This document shows positions 45,306-54,847 of a stretch of 64,000 bases of DNA, in pieces. Each line of letters opens with the position of its first letter. Positions within the stretch are counted from its first letter, which is position 1. The notes under the pieces are model-generated. The model was given only the letters and a program-made list of their open reading frames with translations. It was not told where the DNA came from and did no database searches. This stretch comes from an uncultured Clostridia bacterium (GTDB lineage Bacteria; Bacillota; Clostridia; Christensenellales; CAMQZB01): NCBI GenBank assembly GCA_964541255.1, contig CAZIPL010000003.1, positions 4,425 through 68,424 on the forward strand, in the 5' to 3' direction. The position numbers and the translations under genes are program-made.

Positions 45306-47093
45306 ATGAAAGAAATCAAATCTGCACAGTTGAAGGAAATGTACCTCAAGTTCTTCGAAAGCAAAGGACACGCCGTTATAGCGTCCGCTTCGCTTATTCC
45401 CGAGAACGATTCTTCGGTTTTGTTTACTCCCGCGGGAATGCATCCGCTTATCCCCTATCTTTTGGGAGAAAAACATCCCGCAGGAACTCGTCTTACCGAC
45501 GTTCAGAAGTGCGTTAGAACGGGTGATATCGAGGATGTAGGAGACGATACGCACTGCACGTTCTTCGAAATGCTCGGCAACTGGTCTCTCGGAGATTATT
45601 TCAAAAAAGAGGCGATTACGTGGTCGTACGAATTCCTTACAAGCCCCGAATATCTTGCTATCCCCAAGGAAAAGCTTGCCGTAACGGTATTTGCAGGGGA
45701 CGAAGACTGCCCGAGAGATACGGAGTCTGCCGAGATTTGGAAAGAATGCGGAATTCCCGAAGACAGAATTTTCTATTTGCCCAAAAAAGACAACTGGTGG
45801 ATTGCGGGAAACGTTGGTCCTTGCGGACCCGATACGGAGATTTTCATCGATACGGGTAAGCCTGCTTGCTCTCCCGATTGCAATCCGTCTTGCCACTGCG
45901 GAAAATACATCGAAATTTGGAACAACGTATTTATGAGCTACTATAAAGGTGCGGACGGAAAATATACGCAGCTTGAACAGAAGAACGTAGATACGGGTAT
46001 GGGCGTTGAAAGAACGGTTGCGACGCTTAACGGACGTAACACCGTTTATGAGACAGACCTATTCGAAGAGGGAAAGAAAATCCTCGAAGAAAAGACGGGC
46101 AAATCTTACGAAGAAAATAAGAAAGCGTTCAGAATTATTCTCGACCATATAAGAACGGCGACCTTCTTGCTCGGAGATCGCAAGGGAATCGTTCCGTCGA
46201 ACGTCGATCAGGGATATATTTTGAGAAGACTGTTAAGACGTGCTATCCGTTTCGGAATGAGCTTAGAGCTCAAAGAGGGCGGACTTTCCGAGCTTGCGGC
46301 TTCGTATATCGAGCAGTATAAGGGCTTCTATCCCGAGCTTTCCGAGAACAAAGCTAAGATTTTGGAGGAAATCGACAAGGAAGAAGAGAAGTTTGCAAAG
46401 ACCTTGCAGCAAGGACTTAAAGAGTTCGAAAAGGTTGCCGTTCACATTCAAGGCACCGTTATCCCCGGAAAGACTGCGTTCAGATTGTATGACACATACG
46501 GTTTCCCCGTAGAAATGACGATAGAGCTTGCTACCGAGCGCGGAATGACCGTTGACCTAGACGGATATAAGGTTGCTCAGGAAGAGCATCAAAAGAAGAG
46601 CCAAGCGGGAAGCGAACAACGTTTCAAGGGCGGACTTATCGACGCGTCCGAGACCGTTGCGCAGCTTCATACCGCAACGCACCTTATGCATGCGGCTCTC
46701 AAAAAGGTTCTCGGAAGAAACGACGTCAACCAGAGAGGTTCCAACATCACTGCGGAAAGATTGCGTTTTGACTTCTCGTTCGACCGTCCGATGACGAAAG
46801 AAGAGATCGCCGACGTTGAAAAGCTCGTTAACGAGGCAATAGCCGCAAACGTTCCCGTCGTATGCGAAGAAATGACAGTCAAGGAAGCAAAGGATAAAGG
46901 TGCTGTCGGACTTTTCGAATCGAAATACGGCGATGTCGTCAAGGTTTATACCATGGGTAGTTATTCTTGCGAAATCTGCGGAGGTCCTCATGCTAAAAAC
47001 ACGGGAGACTTGGGCCGCTTCAAGATTATGAAAGAACAGTCTTCGTCTGCGGGAGTTAGACGTATCAAGGCGGTTTTGGAGCCTAAGCAATAA
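45306..47093 (+). CDS. alaS: Alanine--tRNA ligase, short form (595 aa: catalytic, tRNA-recognition and editing-core regions; no C-Ala domain)
   Basis: Class II AlaRS N-terminus: [43 protein letters not shown]. Editing motifs HTATHLMH and CGGPH. The protein ends about 25 aa after CGGPH. AAGGTGA RBS before the ATG at 45306. Confidence 0.85.
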   Translation: MKEIKSAQLKEMYLKFFESKGHAVIASASLIPENDSSVLFTPAGMHPLIPYLLGEKHPAGTRLTDVQKCVRTGDIEDVGDDTHCTFFEMLGNWSLGDYFKKEAITWSYEFLTSPEYLAIPKEKLAVTVFAGDEDCPRDTESAEIWKECGIPEDRIFYLPKKDNWWIAGNVGPCGPDTEIFIDTGKPACSPDCNPSCHCGKYIEIWNNVFMSYYKGADGKYTQLEQKNVDTGMGVERTVATLNGRNTVYETDLFEEGKKILEEKTGKSYEENKKAFRIILDHIRTATFLLGDRKGIVPSNVDQGYILRRLLRRAIRFGMSLELKEGGLSELAASYIEQYKGFYPELSENKAKILEEIDKEEEKFAKTLQQGLKEFEKVAVHIQGTVIPGKTAFRLYDTYGFPVEMTIELATERGMTVDLDGYKVAQEEHQKKSQAGSEQRFKGGLIDASETVAQLHTATHLMHAALKKVLGRNDVNQRGSNITAERLRFDFSFDRPMTKEEIADVEKLVNEAIAANVPVVCEEMTVKEAKDKGAVGLFESKYGDVVKVYTMGSYSCEICGGPHAKNTGDLGRFKIMKEQSSSAGVRRIKAVLEPKQ

Positions 47094-47142
47094 GTTATGG
47101 CAAAATAGTCTATAAATTTATTGAAAATTTGAATATAATCAA

Positions 47143-47195
47143 AAAAAGAAAAACCACTTTATCGTAATTCGATAAGGTGGTTTATTTGTTTTTGG
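47143..47195. terminator. Bidirectional terminator between alaS and the pseudouridine synthase gene
   Basis: AAACCACTTTATCG (47152-47165) pairs with CGATAAGGTGGTTT (47171-47184) with one mismatch. An A-run lies before it and a T-run after it. Confidence 0.65.
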
Positions 47196-47216
47196 GTGTT
47201 TATAATTAGCGGAAAC

Positions 47217-47924
47217 TCAGATATTTTTCAAATAATCGATTTCTCTTTCGGTGAGACGTCTGTATTGACCTCTGTCAAGGCTTCCTATTCTAAGCTCGCC
47301 GACCTTGATTCTTTTCAAGAACTGAACCTCGTGTCCGACAGCTTCGAACATTCTTCTTACTTCGCGGTTCTTTCCTTCCGTAATCGTGATTTCGAATTTC
47401 GACGATTGCTTTGTCAGCTCAATGGGTTTAAGGGCCTTTGCCTTGACGAGAACTCTCGGCTCGATTTCGACTCCCGTACGCAATCTATTGAGAGCGTCTG
47501 CCGAAAGAGAGCCTTCGACCTTAACGAGATATGTCTTCGGGACTTCGTTACGGGGGTGTGTAAGTCTTTCGGTAAGCTCGCCGTCGTTTGTTATGATAAG
47601 AAGCCCCTCGGTGTCGTAATCGAGTCTGCCGACGGGATATAATCTACCCTTATCTTTCGGCATAAAATCCATAACGGTTTTTCTGCCTTTATCGTCCGAA
47701 ACGGTGCAAACGCAGCCCTTGGGCTTGTTTAACATATAATATTGCAACGTTTGCGTATGGTGAATAAGCTTTCCGTCTACTACGACGGAGTCCTTTCCCT
47801 CGTTTATCTCTTCGCCAAGCGTAGCTCTTTTGCCGTTCACGAAAACTTTTCCGCTTTCGATAAGTTTGTCCGCGCTTCTTCTGCTGCAAACGCCGCATTC
47901 GGCGAGGTATTTGTTAACTCTCAT
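47217..47924 (-). CDS. Pseudouridine synthase, RsuA/RluB family
   Basis: N-terminal S4 domain (MRVNKYLAECGVCSRRSADKLI) and catalytic GRLDYDTEGLLIITNDG. Confidence 0.88.
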   Translation of the reverse strand: MRVNKYLAECGVCSRRSADKLIESGKVFVNGKRATLGEEINEGKDSVVVDGKLIHHTQTLQYYMLNKPKGCVCTVSDDKGRKTVMDFMPKDKGRLYPVGRLDYDTEGLLIITNDGELTERLTHPRNEVPKTYLVKVEGSLSADALNRLRTGVEIEPRVLVKAKALKPIELTKQSSKFEITITEGKNREVRRMFEAVGHEVQFLKRIKVGELRIGSLDRGQYRRLTEREIDYLKNI

Positions 47925-47936
47925 AATGCTTTCCTT

Positions 47937-49016
47937 TTAAGAAAAAATCAATTCGTCCTTTCCGACACTCTCAATAGTATAGATTTTTTGCGAAAAAAGC
48001 AAGTCATTTTGGCGGAAAACGTTTATTTGACCGACTTGTTCTCCTTTTTTTACGGGGAAGTCCAATTGCGACGGCAAAACGTTTTCGATATGGATAAGAT
48101 CCTCCTCTCCTTTTTTGATTGGAATAACTACGTCCGTTTTTGTCGCGACAAAGCAAGAAAGCCTCGGAATTCCGTTTATCGGCAAGCAGTCTGTTTCCGT
48201 GGAAGTCCTTATTGTGATGAAATTATAATTCGAGAACGCGTCGTTTATGAGCTTTTTCGACGTTTCGTACATGGTATTGCAATTGAGAACTATGCAAATT
48301 ACGGTATTGCCGTTTCTTGTCGCACTCGAAACGAGACATCTGCCCGCGGCTTTGGTATATCCCGTCTTGATTCCGTCCGCGCCGTCGAATTCGAAAAGCA
48401 TTTTGTTTTTGTTTTTATATACCCCTCTTTCTCCTTTATATGTTTTTGTCGAAACGATCTCTCGGAAAAGAGTATTTTCCATCGCATAAGCGGAAATAAT
48501 CGCAAGGTCTTTCGCCGTGGTGTAGTGATTGTCGTCGTGAAGCCCGTGAGGGTTGGCAAAGTGAGTGTTTATCGCTCCGATTTCCGTTGCTTTTTCGTTC
48601 ATGAGTTTAACGAAATTATCGACGCTTCCCGACGTTATTACCGAAAGTGCCACTGCCGCGTCGTTTCCCGAGCGAAGCATAAGACAATACAAAAGCTCGC
48701 GAACGGAAACAGCCTCGCCCGCTTTTAAGTATACGCTCGAACCCTCTATCCCGACTGCACTTTTAGAGACTGCGAATTTTTCGTCGAGGTCCTCTATGTT
48801 TTCGATAGCGGTTATAGCGGTCATTATTTTCGTTGTGGACGCCATCGGCATTTTTACGTCGCTTAAACTTTCGTCGAGTATTGTTTTCGTTCGAAGATCT
48901 ATAACGGCGTAAGAGCTTGCTTTCGCATAGGCTTTTTGCGGCATAACAAAAACTATGCTTAATAAAAACAAGATTGCCGCCAATAGAAGCGACAGCTGTT
49001 TTTTATTGCTTTTCAT
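47937..49016 (-). CDS. D-alanyl-D-alanine carboxypeptidase (peptidase S11, DacB/DacF-like)
   Basis: Signal peptide. SxxK motif (MASTTK), SxN motif (RSGND), KTG motif (IKTGYT). Confidence 0.88.
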   Translation of the reverse strand: MKSNKKQLSLLLAAILFLLSIVFVMPQKAYAKASSYAVIDLRTKTILDESLSDVKMPMASTTKIMTAITAIENIEDLDEKFAVSKSAVGIEGSSVYLKAGEAVSVRELLYCLMLRSGNDAAVALSVITSGSVDNFVKLMNEKATEIGAINTHFANPHGLHDDNHYTTAKDLAIISAYAMENTLFREIVSTKTYKGERGVYKNKNKMLFEFDGADGIKTGYTKAAGRCLVSSATRNGNTVICIVLNCNTMYETSKKLINDAFSNYNFITIRTSTETDCLPINGIPRLSCFVATKTDVVIPIKKGEEDLIHIENVLPSQLDFPVKKGEQVGQINVFRQNDLLFSQKIYTIESVGKDELIFS

Positions 49017-49398
49017 TCTTATTAAGCTTCATAATATATTCTGAAGCCGCTTTAAGGAGCTTGTCGAGCGCGCCGCACGATTCGTCGATGGTTATTGTGG
49101 AAACGCTTCCGCTTTTCTCGACGAGAAAACCTATCGGCGTAAGCTGAACGAAGCCGCCGCTTCCCGCGCTTAGAGGATAGCTTTCTTTGCTATAGGCTTC
49201 CACCGCGTTTTCGCCTGCGGAATACTCTCCGCCTCCCGCGATATATGCTATCGTTACTTTCGATACGGGGATAACGGTGCTTTCGCCCGTTCCAGATAAA
49301 GGTTGCCCGATGACGGTATTTACTTCCGCAATGCTTTTTAGAGACCTCATTGCTTCTTCTACTACCGAAGCTATTTTGTTTGTTTTGAAGTTATCCAC
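49003..49398 (-). CDS. ytfJ: Sporulation protein YtfJ (GerW family)
   Basis: 131 aa. Contains VIGQPL...TVIPVSKVTIAYIAGGGEY, typical of YtfJ. Overlaps its neighbours at both ends. Confidence 0.8.
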   Translation of the reverse strand: MDNFKTNKIASVVEEAMRSLKSIAEVNTVIGQPLSGTGESTVIPVSKVTIAYIAGGGEYSAGENAVEAYSKESYPLSAGSGGFVQLTPIGFLVEKSGSVSTITIDESCGALDKLLKAASEYIMKLNKNEKQ

Positions 49399-49909
49399 TT
49401 GTTTTCTCCTTTATATATTTTGTCCTTTCATAAATATTGAATAACGCCAATATGATTAGTTCGTATATGAGAATGCGAGCGTTTGCAGATAGTGACAACT
49501 GCGGCATAGACGACGTGTCTACGGCTGCGGTTTTAATAAGCATGGTTTCCTTATGCGATTTTCTTATATGCGAAAACAGCGAGTCGATTGCGATGTGATA
49601 AAAAGCTCCGAAAATAGCGGCTGAGGCTACGTTCTCGAACGGGGATATAAGTTTTGCGGAGATTTTTTCTATAAAGACAAGCTTTGAAAAAAGCGCCAAC
49701 GTCTTTTTATGTTGAGCGTTCTTTTGTCGGTTTTTGTCTAAGTCCCCCTCGAATTTTATCGGGACGATAAGCTTTATCGAAAAACGATAGGTGCGAGTTT
49801 CTTGACTTAGCAAAATATCTACAGAAAACCATATCGGAGCAAGAAGAAAAACCGTGACGGAAAGGAAAATTATCATAAGCCGCATGACCTTATTTTGTGC
49901 CGAACGCAA
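49391..49909 (-). CDS. DUF2953/YtfI-like sporulation membrane protein
   Basis: N-terminal TM helix, position immediately upstream of ytfJ as in the B. subtilis ytfI-ytfJ pair, and similar size. The start is uncertain (TTG at 49909 or ATG at 49885). Confidence 0.5.
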   Translation of the reverse strand: MRSAQNKVMRLMIIFLSVTVFLLAPIWFSVDILLSQETRTYRFSIKLIVPIKFEGDLDKNRQKNAQHKKTLALFSKLVFIEKISAKLISPFENVASAAIFGAFYHIAIDSLFSHIRKSHKETMLIKTAAVDTSSMPQLSLSANARILIYELIILALFNIYERTKYIKEKTSG

Positions 49910-50085
49910 AATAAATACTCGTCAGCTGCAAATATTTATTGCGAAAAGCGACGGTTTTTATTTTGGTGATAGTACAATAATTTAAGTTTTTTGAAATATT
50001 TTTTATAAGAGTGTTGACGGTAGGGTAGTTATGTGATAAAATATACAAAGAATCGTTGAATTTCTAACTTTTTATCGAGGAATAA

Positions 50086-51570
50086 ATGAGAAACGTTTTA
50101 TTGGTGTCCGATATAGGCTCTGCCTTAGATTATTATAACAAGCTGGGACGGTTTTCCGACTACGGCTTTGTTATTTTGGGGCAGGCGAAAACCCGAAGCG
50201 AGCTTAATGATTACGCCGATAAAAACTATATAGATTTGTGCATTGTCGAAGACGGTTTTTCGGGAATGGAATACGAAGCGATAGATTCCGTCATAAGAAA
50301 CAGCAATTCAGAAGCCGAGATAATCGTCGTTACGACGAGCGATTCGCCGCTAAGAGAGAAAAAAGCTCTGTCGCTCGGAGCGTTTGCGTATCTTCATAGG
50401 CCCCTAGCTATGGCGACATTCGGCATGATATTGGAATCGGCGTCCAAAAGGCTTGCGAGAACGCAAAGGCTTGTATCGTCGCTTGGCGAAAACGGCGGCG
50501 GAAATAAATATCAAACCGCGCTGAAAAGCGTTTTGCTGAACGGTATATTGGTTACCCCCGAGCAAGTAATCGGGAGTGAGAAACTGCTTGTCGATGCGGG
50601 TATTGTTCTTGACGGCGAGGCGTTTTGTATGCTTCTTGCTAAAACGGAAAGTCCGACGAAGGCAAAGGAAGAAATATCTGCGTATTTTTCCGACAAGTGT
50701 TATGAAGAGTGTTTTGTGAGAGGTAATCTTGCGGTTGCGATTCTTTCGTCAGACGACGGAAAAATAGAAGACATCGTGCAAGAGGGGGCGAAAAAGCTTT
50801 CTGCGACAATCGACGGAGAAATAGTGTTCTCCAAAAAATATTCGAGACTTCTCGATTCGGCGATTGCATATTCGTCGCTGCTTGCTAAGTTCGCCGTCAA
50901 GTCTTCGGAAGAGAACTATGCAGAAATAAGAACGGAGAAAGTCAAGGCGCTTTCGGATGGCATTATAGAAGAGATAAAATCGGGCGCGGACAACTTGTCC
51001 GAGAAGCTTTCGACGGCGCTGTCGGTTAGATACGGAGGTATGACGCCCGAAGAAATATCCTCCGCAATGATAAGAATTTTGGCGTACTGCGACGAAGCCG
51101 CGCAAAAAACCCCTAACGCTAAAGAGAGGTTCTATTCTCGCGCCGCAACGGTGCTTTGTTCGCAAGAAATGGTCAAAAACGCTGTAGAGTTTTCTCTTGA
51201 AACGGCAAAAGCCGTAACGAGAGCAAACGTATCGACTTCTGCGCAAATCGCGAGTAGGTGCTACGAAATGATTTCGGCTGAGTATTTCGACAAGGAGCTT
51301 TCTGTCAAGGCCGCCGCGGAAAAGCTCGACATAAGCCAGAACTATCTTTCTACCCTTATGAAAAAGTATTACGGCGACACGTTTGTCAATTTGCTGACCA
51401 ACGTGCGTATGGAAAGGGCAAAGCAGCTTTTGATATATTCGAGAAAGAAAGTTTCCGAAATTTGCGATGAGGTGGGCTTTTCGGATTCGCACTATTTTTC
51501 TTACAGCTTCAGGAAGTTTTACGGCATAAGTCCGCTTGAAATGAGAGAAAAGGGAGGGAATAACGACTGA
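50086..51570 (+). CDS. AraC-family regulator with an N-terminal CheY-like (degenerate) receiver domain; no adjacent histidine kinase
   Basis: N-terminal beta-alpha pattern VLLVSD...DLCIVED...IIVVTTS...GAFAYLHRP, with Arg where the conserved Lys normally sits. C-terminal AraC HTH: AAEKLDISQNYLSTLMKKY...SDSHYFSYSFRKFYGISPLEMR. Confidence 0.7.
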   Translation: MRNVLLVSDIGSALDYYNKLGRFSDYGFVILGQAKTRSELNDYADKNYIDLCIVEDGFSGMEYEAIDSVIRNSNSEAEIIVVTTSDSPLREKKALSLGAFAYLHRPLAMATFGMILESASKRLARTQRLVSSLGENGGGNKYQTALKSVLLNGILVTPEQVIGSEKLLVDAGIVLDGEAFCMLLAKTESPTKAKEEISAYFSDKCYEECFVRGNLAVAILSSDDGKIEDIVQEGAKKLSATIDGEIVFSKKYSRLLDSAIAYSSLLAKFAVKSSEENYAEIRTEKVKALSDGIIEEIKSGADNLSEKLSTALSVRYGGMTPEEISSAMIRILAYCDEAAQKTPNAKERFYSRAATVLCSQEMVKNAVEFSLETAKAVTRANVSTSAQIASRCYEMISAEYFDKELSVKAAAEKLDISQNYLSTLMKKYYGDTFVNLLTNVRMERAKQLLIYSRKKVSEICDEVGFSDSHYFSYSFRKFYGISPLEMREKGGNND

Positions 51571-51905
51571 TGCTCGACGTTATCAACCTCGAAAAAGGAC
51601 TTCCCGCGGTTTTTGAGGCGATAGATACTCTCGACGTTGAAATCGTTCTTGCAAAAGAAAGAAAAGAGGATTGCTCTTTAATTATTCACGGTTACGGGAA
51701 AAGAACGCAAGGCGGCGGAAAAATCAGAGAGGCTTCGAGGAAAAGGCTGAAAGAACTTGAAAGCCAAGGCAAAATCAAGAAAGTCATATACGGCGAAGAT
51801 ATGAGTATGTTCGACGAAACCGTTATGAGAATGCGGTACGCTCACCAAGAGCTCGAGGGGTATGTCGGCAAAAGAAACCTCGGCGTTACGCTTGTTATAT
51901 ATTAA
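51570..51905 (+). CDS. Small Smr-like domain protein (non-canonical N-terminal motif)
   Basis: 111 aa. LIIHGYG matches the Smr HGxG motif, and the C-terminal NLGVTLVIY resembles the Smr end. INLE sits where LDLHG is expected. The ATG overlaps the upstream stop (TGATG). Confidence 0.45.
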   Translation: MLDVINLEKGLPAVFEAIDTLDVEIVLAKERKEDCSLIIHGYGKRTQGGGKIREASRKRLKELESQGKIKKVIYGEDMSMFDETVMRMRYAHQELEGYVGKRNLGVTLVIY

Positions 51906-52178
51906 GTATACGTTGGCAGATTGTGATTGAGTTAAAAAGCGGCGTGGTATTTATTCTGAGAAGTGTTTGATTGTCCGTTGTGGTTTTACTTAATAAGAAC
52001 TTTAACCAAATAAAATCGACAATAAACTAAGCGTTATGCGTTTTAGTTTTTTAGTTAAATTGTGTTGAGGGTATTTCCCGAAACGCATTTTTTTGTGCAA
52101 AAAGGGAAGCGGGGAGGAAAAACTTCTTTTTCGAGTAGGTTAAAACGGAATTTAAGGAACGCACATTTGGGTTTTTGC

Positions 52179-52208
52179 TTGACAAGAGCTGAATCGGGCG
52201 GATATAAT
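52179..52208 (+). promoter_or_regulatory. sigma-A promoter of the rpmH operon
   Basis: TTGACA (52179-52184), 18-bp spacer, TATAAT (52203-52208). Confidence 0.6.
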
Positions 52209-52274
52209 ACATAAGTGACACTTCAAGATTTAAAGTGGCAAAATATGAAAATCATTATAAAAGAGGTATAAAAA

Positions 52275-52409
52275 ATGAAGCAGACTTATCAACCCAAGAA
52301 AAGACAGAGAAGCAAAGTTCACGGATTCAGAGAGAGAATGAAAACGACGAGCGGAAGAAAGGTTTTGAAACGCCGTCGCGCTAAAGGCCGTCATCAGCTT
52401 ACCGTCTGA
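52275..52409 (+). CDS. rpmH: 50S ribosomal protein L34
   Basis: My own translation gives [44 protein letters not shown] (44 aa). GAGG RBS. Absent from the ORF track because it is shorter than 60 aa. Confidence 0.95.
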   Translation: MKQTYQPKKRQRSKVHGFRERMKTTSGRKVLKRRRAKGRHQLTV

Positions 52410-52783
52410 TGCAGAAAAGATATAGGCTGAGAAAAGGTTTTCAGTTTAATTATATCTACCGCAGGGGAAAGTCTCTTGCGGGAAAGGAAATGGTCTTATA
52501 TTACGTCAAAAACAGAAGCAACAAGCTTTTGATCGGCGTGTCCGTAAGCAAAAAAATCGGCAAAAGCACCGTGAGGAACAGAATCAAACGCATTTTCAAA
52601 GAAAGCGCGAGAAGTCTTTTGCCTGAGATGAGAAGCGATTATAATTACGTTTTGCTTGCAAGGAGCGGCGCTGTTGACGCAGAGTATGCGGAAGTAAGAA
52701 AGACCTTGGAATGCTTGCTTAAAAAAGCAGGATGCCTTAAGACAAGTGAAATATCTGTTGATACCGATAATAAAACTATATAA
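52409..52783 (+). CDS. rnpA: Ribonuclease P protein component
   Basis: 124 aa, basic. The RNR-type motif [14 protein letters not shown] is present. The start overlaps the rpmH stop by 1 nt. Confidence 0.9.
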   Translation: MQKRYRLRKGFQFNYIYRRGKSLAGKEMVLYYVKNRSNKLLIGVSVSKKIGKSTVRNRIKRIFKESARSLLPEMRSDYNYVLLARSGAVDAEYAEVRKTLECLLKKAGCLKTSEISVDTDNKTI

Positions 52784-52985
52784 AAGGTTTTTCTCCGACG
52801 AGCTCAATACGGGATGCAGATTCGTGCCGACGTGTTCGGTCTACGCCATGCAGGCGATCGAAGAATGGGGCGGAATCGTCGGAGGTTTTATGTCGCTTGT
52901 GAGGCTATTGAGGTGTAATCCATTGTCGCGCGGAGGCTATAACCCCGTTAAAAGATGCAGATACAAGCATCGTTACACCTTATAA
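52746..52985 (+). CDS. yidD: Membrane protein insertion efficiency factor YidD
   Basis: Contains IKLYKRFFS....[20 protein letters not shown]...RLLRCNP. GTG start overlapping the rnpA 3' end. Confidence 0.88.
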   Translation: MKYLLIPIIKLYKRFFSDELNTGCRFVPTCSVYAMQAIEEWGGIVGGFMSLVRLLRCNPLSRGGYNPVKRCRYKHRYTL

Positions 52986-52999
52986 TTTTAGGAGAAATC

Positions 53000-53962
53000 A
53001 TGTTAATAAATCTTTTGCAAGGATATGACCTTCCTTCGCTTTATCCGGTTCTCGGACCGTTACTCGACTGGCTCGTTAAAGGAGTCGGAAGTATCGGTTG
53101 GGGTGTCGTATTGTTTACGATAATAATTAAAACCGTACTTCTTCCACTCGATTACTGGCAGAGAGCGGGAATGAAGAAAAACAGCCTTAAAATGGAAAAG
53201 ATGCGCCCGCAGCTCGAAAAGCTTCAGAAGCAATATGCGAACGATCAGGCGCTTTACAACCAGAAGTTGCAATCTCTTTATAAAAAAGAGGGCTATTCTA
53301 TGATGGGCTCGTGCTTGCCGATGATAGTTACGCTCGTTGTGTTCTATTTCGTATTTGCGGCATTCCGCGGATATTTGCAATACTATCTCGTTTCGGGATA
53401 CAATACCCTTTTGGAAGCATATGCTTCGGTAGGCGAGAACGCCGATGAATGGGCAAAGATCGCCTTGCAATATCAAGATCAGATAGCCCCGAGCTTTTTG
53501 TGGATTAAGAACGTTTGGGTGGCAGATGTTCCTTGGAAGAAAGCTCTTATGACCGCTTCTGAATTTTTTACGCAAGCGGGATTGCCGACGGCGAATCCAG
53601 GGATTGAATATGATCCTATCATGGCTCCTTTTGCCGATACGCTGCAAAAAGCCAACGGTTGGCTTGTTTTGCCGTTGCTTTCAGCAGGTACAAGCTTGCT
53701 TTTGCAGGTAATTTCCAACAAGGCAAACAAAGCGCAGATGGACTTGCAGGCAGGCAATGCTGCGGCTACAAACAAGATGATGATGTGGATGATGCCCATA
53801 ATGATGGCGATTTTCTCCATATCGTGGACTGCGATTTTCGCAATCTATCTTGTTACGAGCTCTCTTTATTCCATTTTGACTACGGTCGTAATCAACAAGG
53901 TTGTCGATCTAAGATTCAAAAAGCAAGAAGAGGAAGAAAGGCTTAAAAACGCAAGAAGATAG
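53000..53962 (+). CDS. yidC: Membrane protein insertase YidC/SpoIIIJ
   Basis: Contains KTVLLPL...M..LQP....LQKKY and C-terminal TM helices with a basic tail. I chose the ATG at 53000 after AGGAG; the track start at 52955 lies inside yidD. Confidence 0.85.
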   Translation: MLINLLQGYDLPSLYPVLGPLLDWLVKGVGSIGWGVVLFTIIIKTVLLPLDYWQRAGMKKNSLKMEKMRPQLEKLQKQYANDQALYNQKLQSLYKKEGYSMMGSCLPMIVTLVVFYFVFAAFRGYLQYYLVSGYNTLLEAYASVGENADEWAKIALQYQDQIAPSFLWIKNVWVADVPWKKALMTASEFFTQAGLPTANPGIEYDPIMAPFADTLQKANGWLVLPLLSAGTSLLLQVISNKANKAQMDLQAGNAAATNKMMMWMMPIMMAIFSISWTAIFAIYLVTSSLYSILTTVVINKVVDLRFKKQEEEERLKNARR

Positions 53963-53979
53963 TTCTTTAAGGAGTTATA

Positions 53980-54807
53980 ATGAGAGTACAGGAATTCAGT
54001 GCTAAAAAAGTCGAGGACGCTATAAAGAACGGTCTCGAACAAATGGGTATCGATGAGAGCCGCGCAAAGATTACGGTTCTCGATAACGGCGGTTTTTTGA
54101 GAAAAGCCAAGGTTAGTATCGAAGACCTCGGAACGGAGGGCGAGAAAGCTCTTGCGTTTATCGAGGGACTTTATGAAAAAATGGGTGTTAAATGCACCTG
54201 CGAATTGACAGAAGACGAAGAAGGCGCAACGGTAAACGTAATTTCCGTTGATTCGAGCTCGGTTATAGGTTATAGAGGAGATGTCCTTGACGCCGTTCAA
54301 TACCTTGCAAGCATATATGCAAACGAGGGTAAAGACGAGTTCAAGAGAATCGTCGTAGATTGCGAGGGATATCGCGATCGCAGAGTAGAAACGCTCGGAA
54401 AGCTTGCTAAGAAGACGGCTGACAAGGCTGTTAAGAACGGCAGACCCGTAAGACTCGAACCGATGAATGCGTTTGAAAGAAGAATCATTCATTCCGCGCT
54501 CGTTGACGACGAGAGAGTAACTACTTCGTCGTTCGGTGAAGAGCCGTCGAGATACCTTGTGGTTACTCCGAAGAATCTCCGTCCGAGAAATAACAACAAG
54601 AATAACGGCGGATTCAAAAAAGGCGGTTACAAGGGAAACAGAAACGGCGGACATCGTAACAGAGACGAGAAAGGCGAGCGCCGCGGAGGATATAACCGCG
54701 ACAGAGGAAACGCTCCCAGAAAGTCGAAATCGACTCCTATCGAGGGCGGCTTCTCGGTATACGGCTTCTACGGAAATTCCGGAGCTAAGGAAGAAAACAA
54801 AGACTAA
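53980..54807 (+). CDS. jag: RNA-binding protein Jag/KhpB (Jag_N, KH and R3H domains) with an Arg/Gly/Asn-rich C-terminal tail
   Basis: KH region (IGYRGDVLDAVQYL), R3H region (MNAFERRIIHSAL), and position after yidC. Confidence 0.88.
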   Translation: MRVQEFSAKKVEDAIKNGLEQMGIDESRAKITVLDNGGFLRKAKVSIEDLGTEGEKALAFIEGLYEKMGVKCTCELTEDEEGATVNVISVDSSSVIGYRGDVLDAVQYLASIYANEGKDEFKRIVVDCEGYRDRRVETLGKLAKKTADKAVKNGRPVRLEPMNAFERRIIHSALVDDERVTTSSFGEEPSRYLVVTPKNLRPRNNNKNNGGFKKGGYKGNRNGGHRNRDEKGERRGGYNRDRGNAPRKSKSTPIEGGFSVYGFYGNSGAKEENKD

Positions 54808-54820
54808 TTAAGTAAGAAAC

Positions 54821-54847
54821 AAACGTCGGCATTACGCCGACGTTTTT
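54821..54847 (+). terminator. Rho-independent terminator after jag
   Basis: AAACGTCGGC (54821-54830) pairs with GCCGACGTTT (54836-54845), followed by a T-run. Confidence 0.8.

Noticed and set aside
51906-52178. The rpmH upstream region, considered as an alternative oriC (the classical location).
   Set aside because: I found no DnaA boxes with two or fewer mismatches, no trio array and no extreme-AT stretch. Only a weak hairpin (around 52023-52049) and the rpmH promoter are present.
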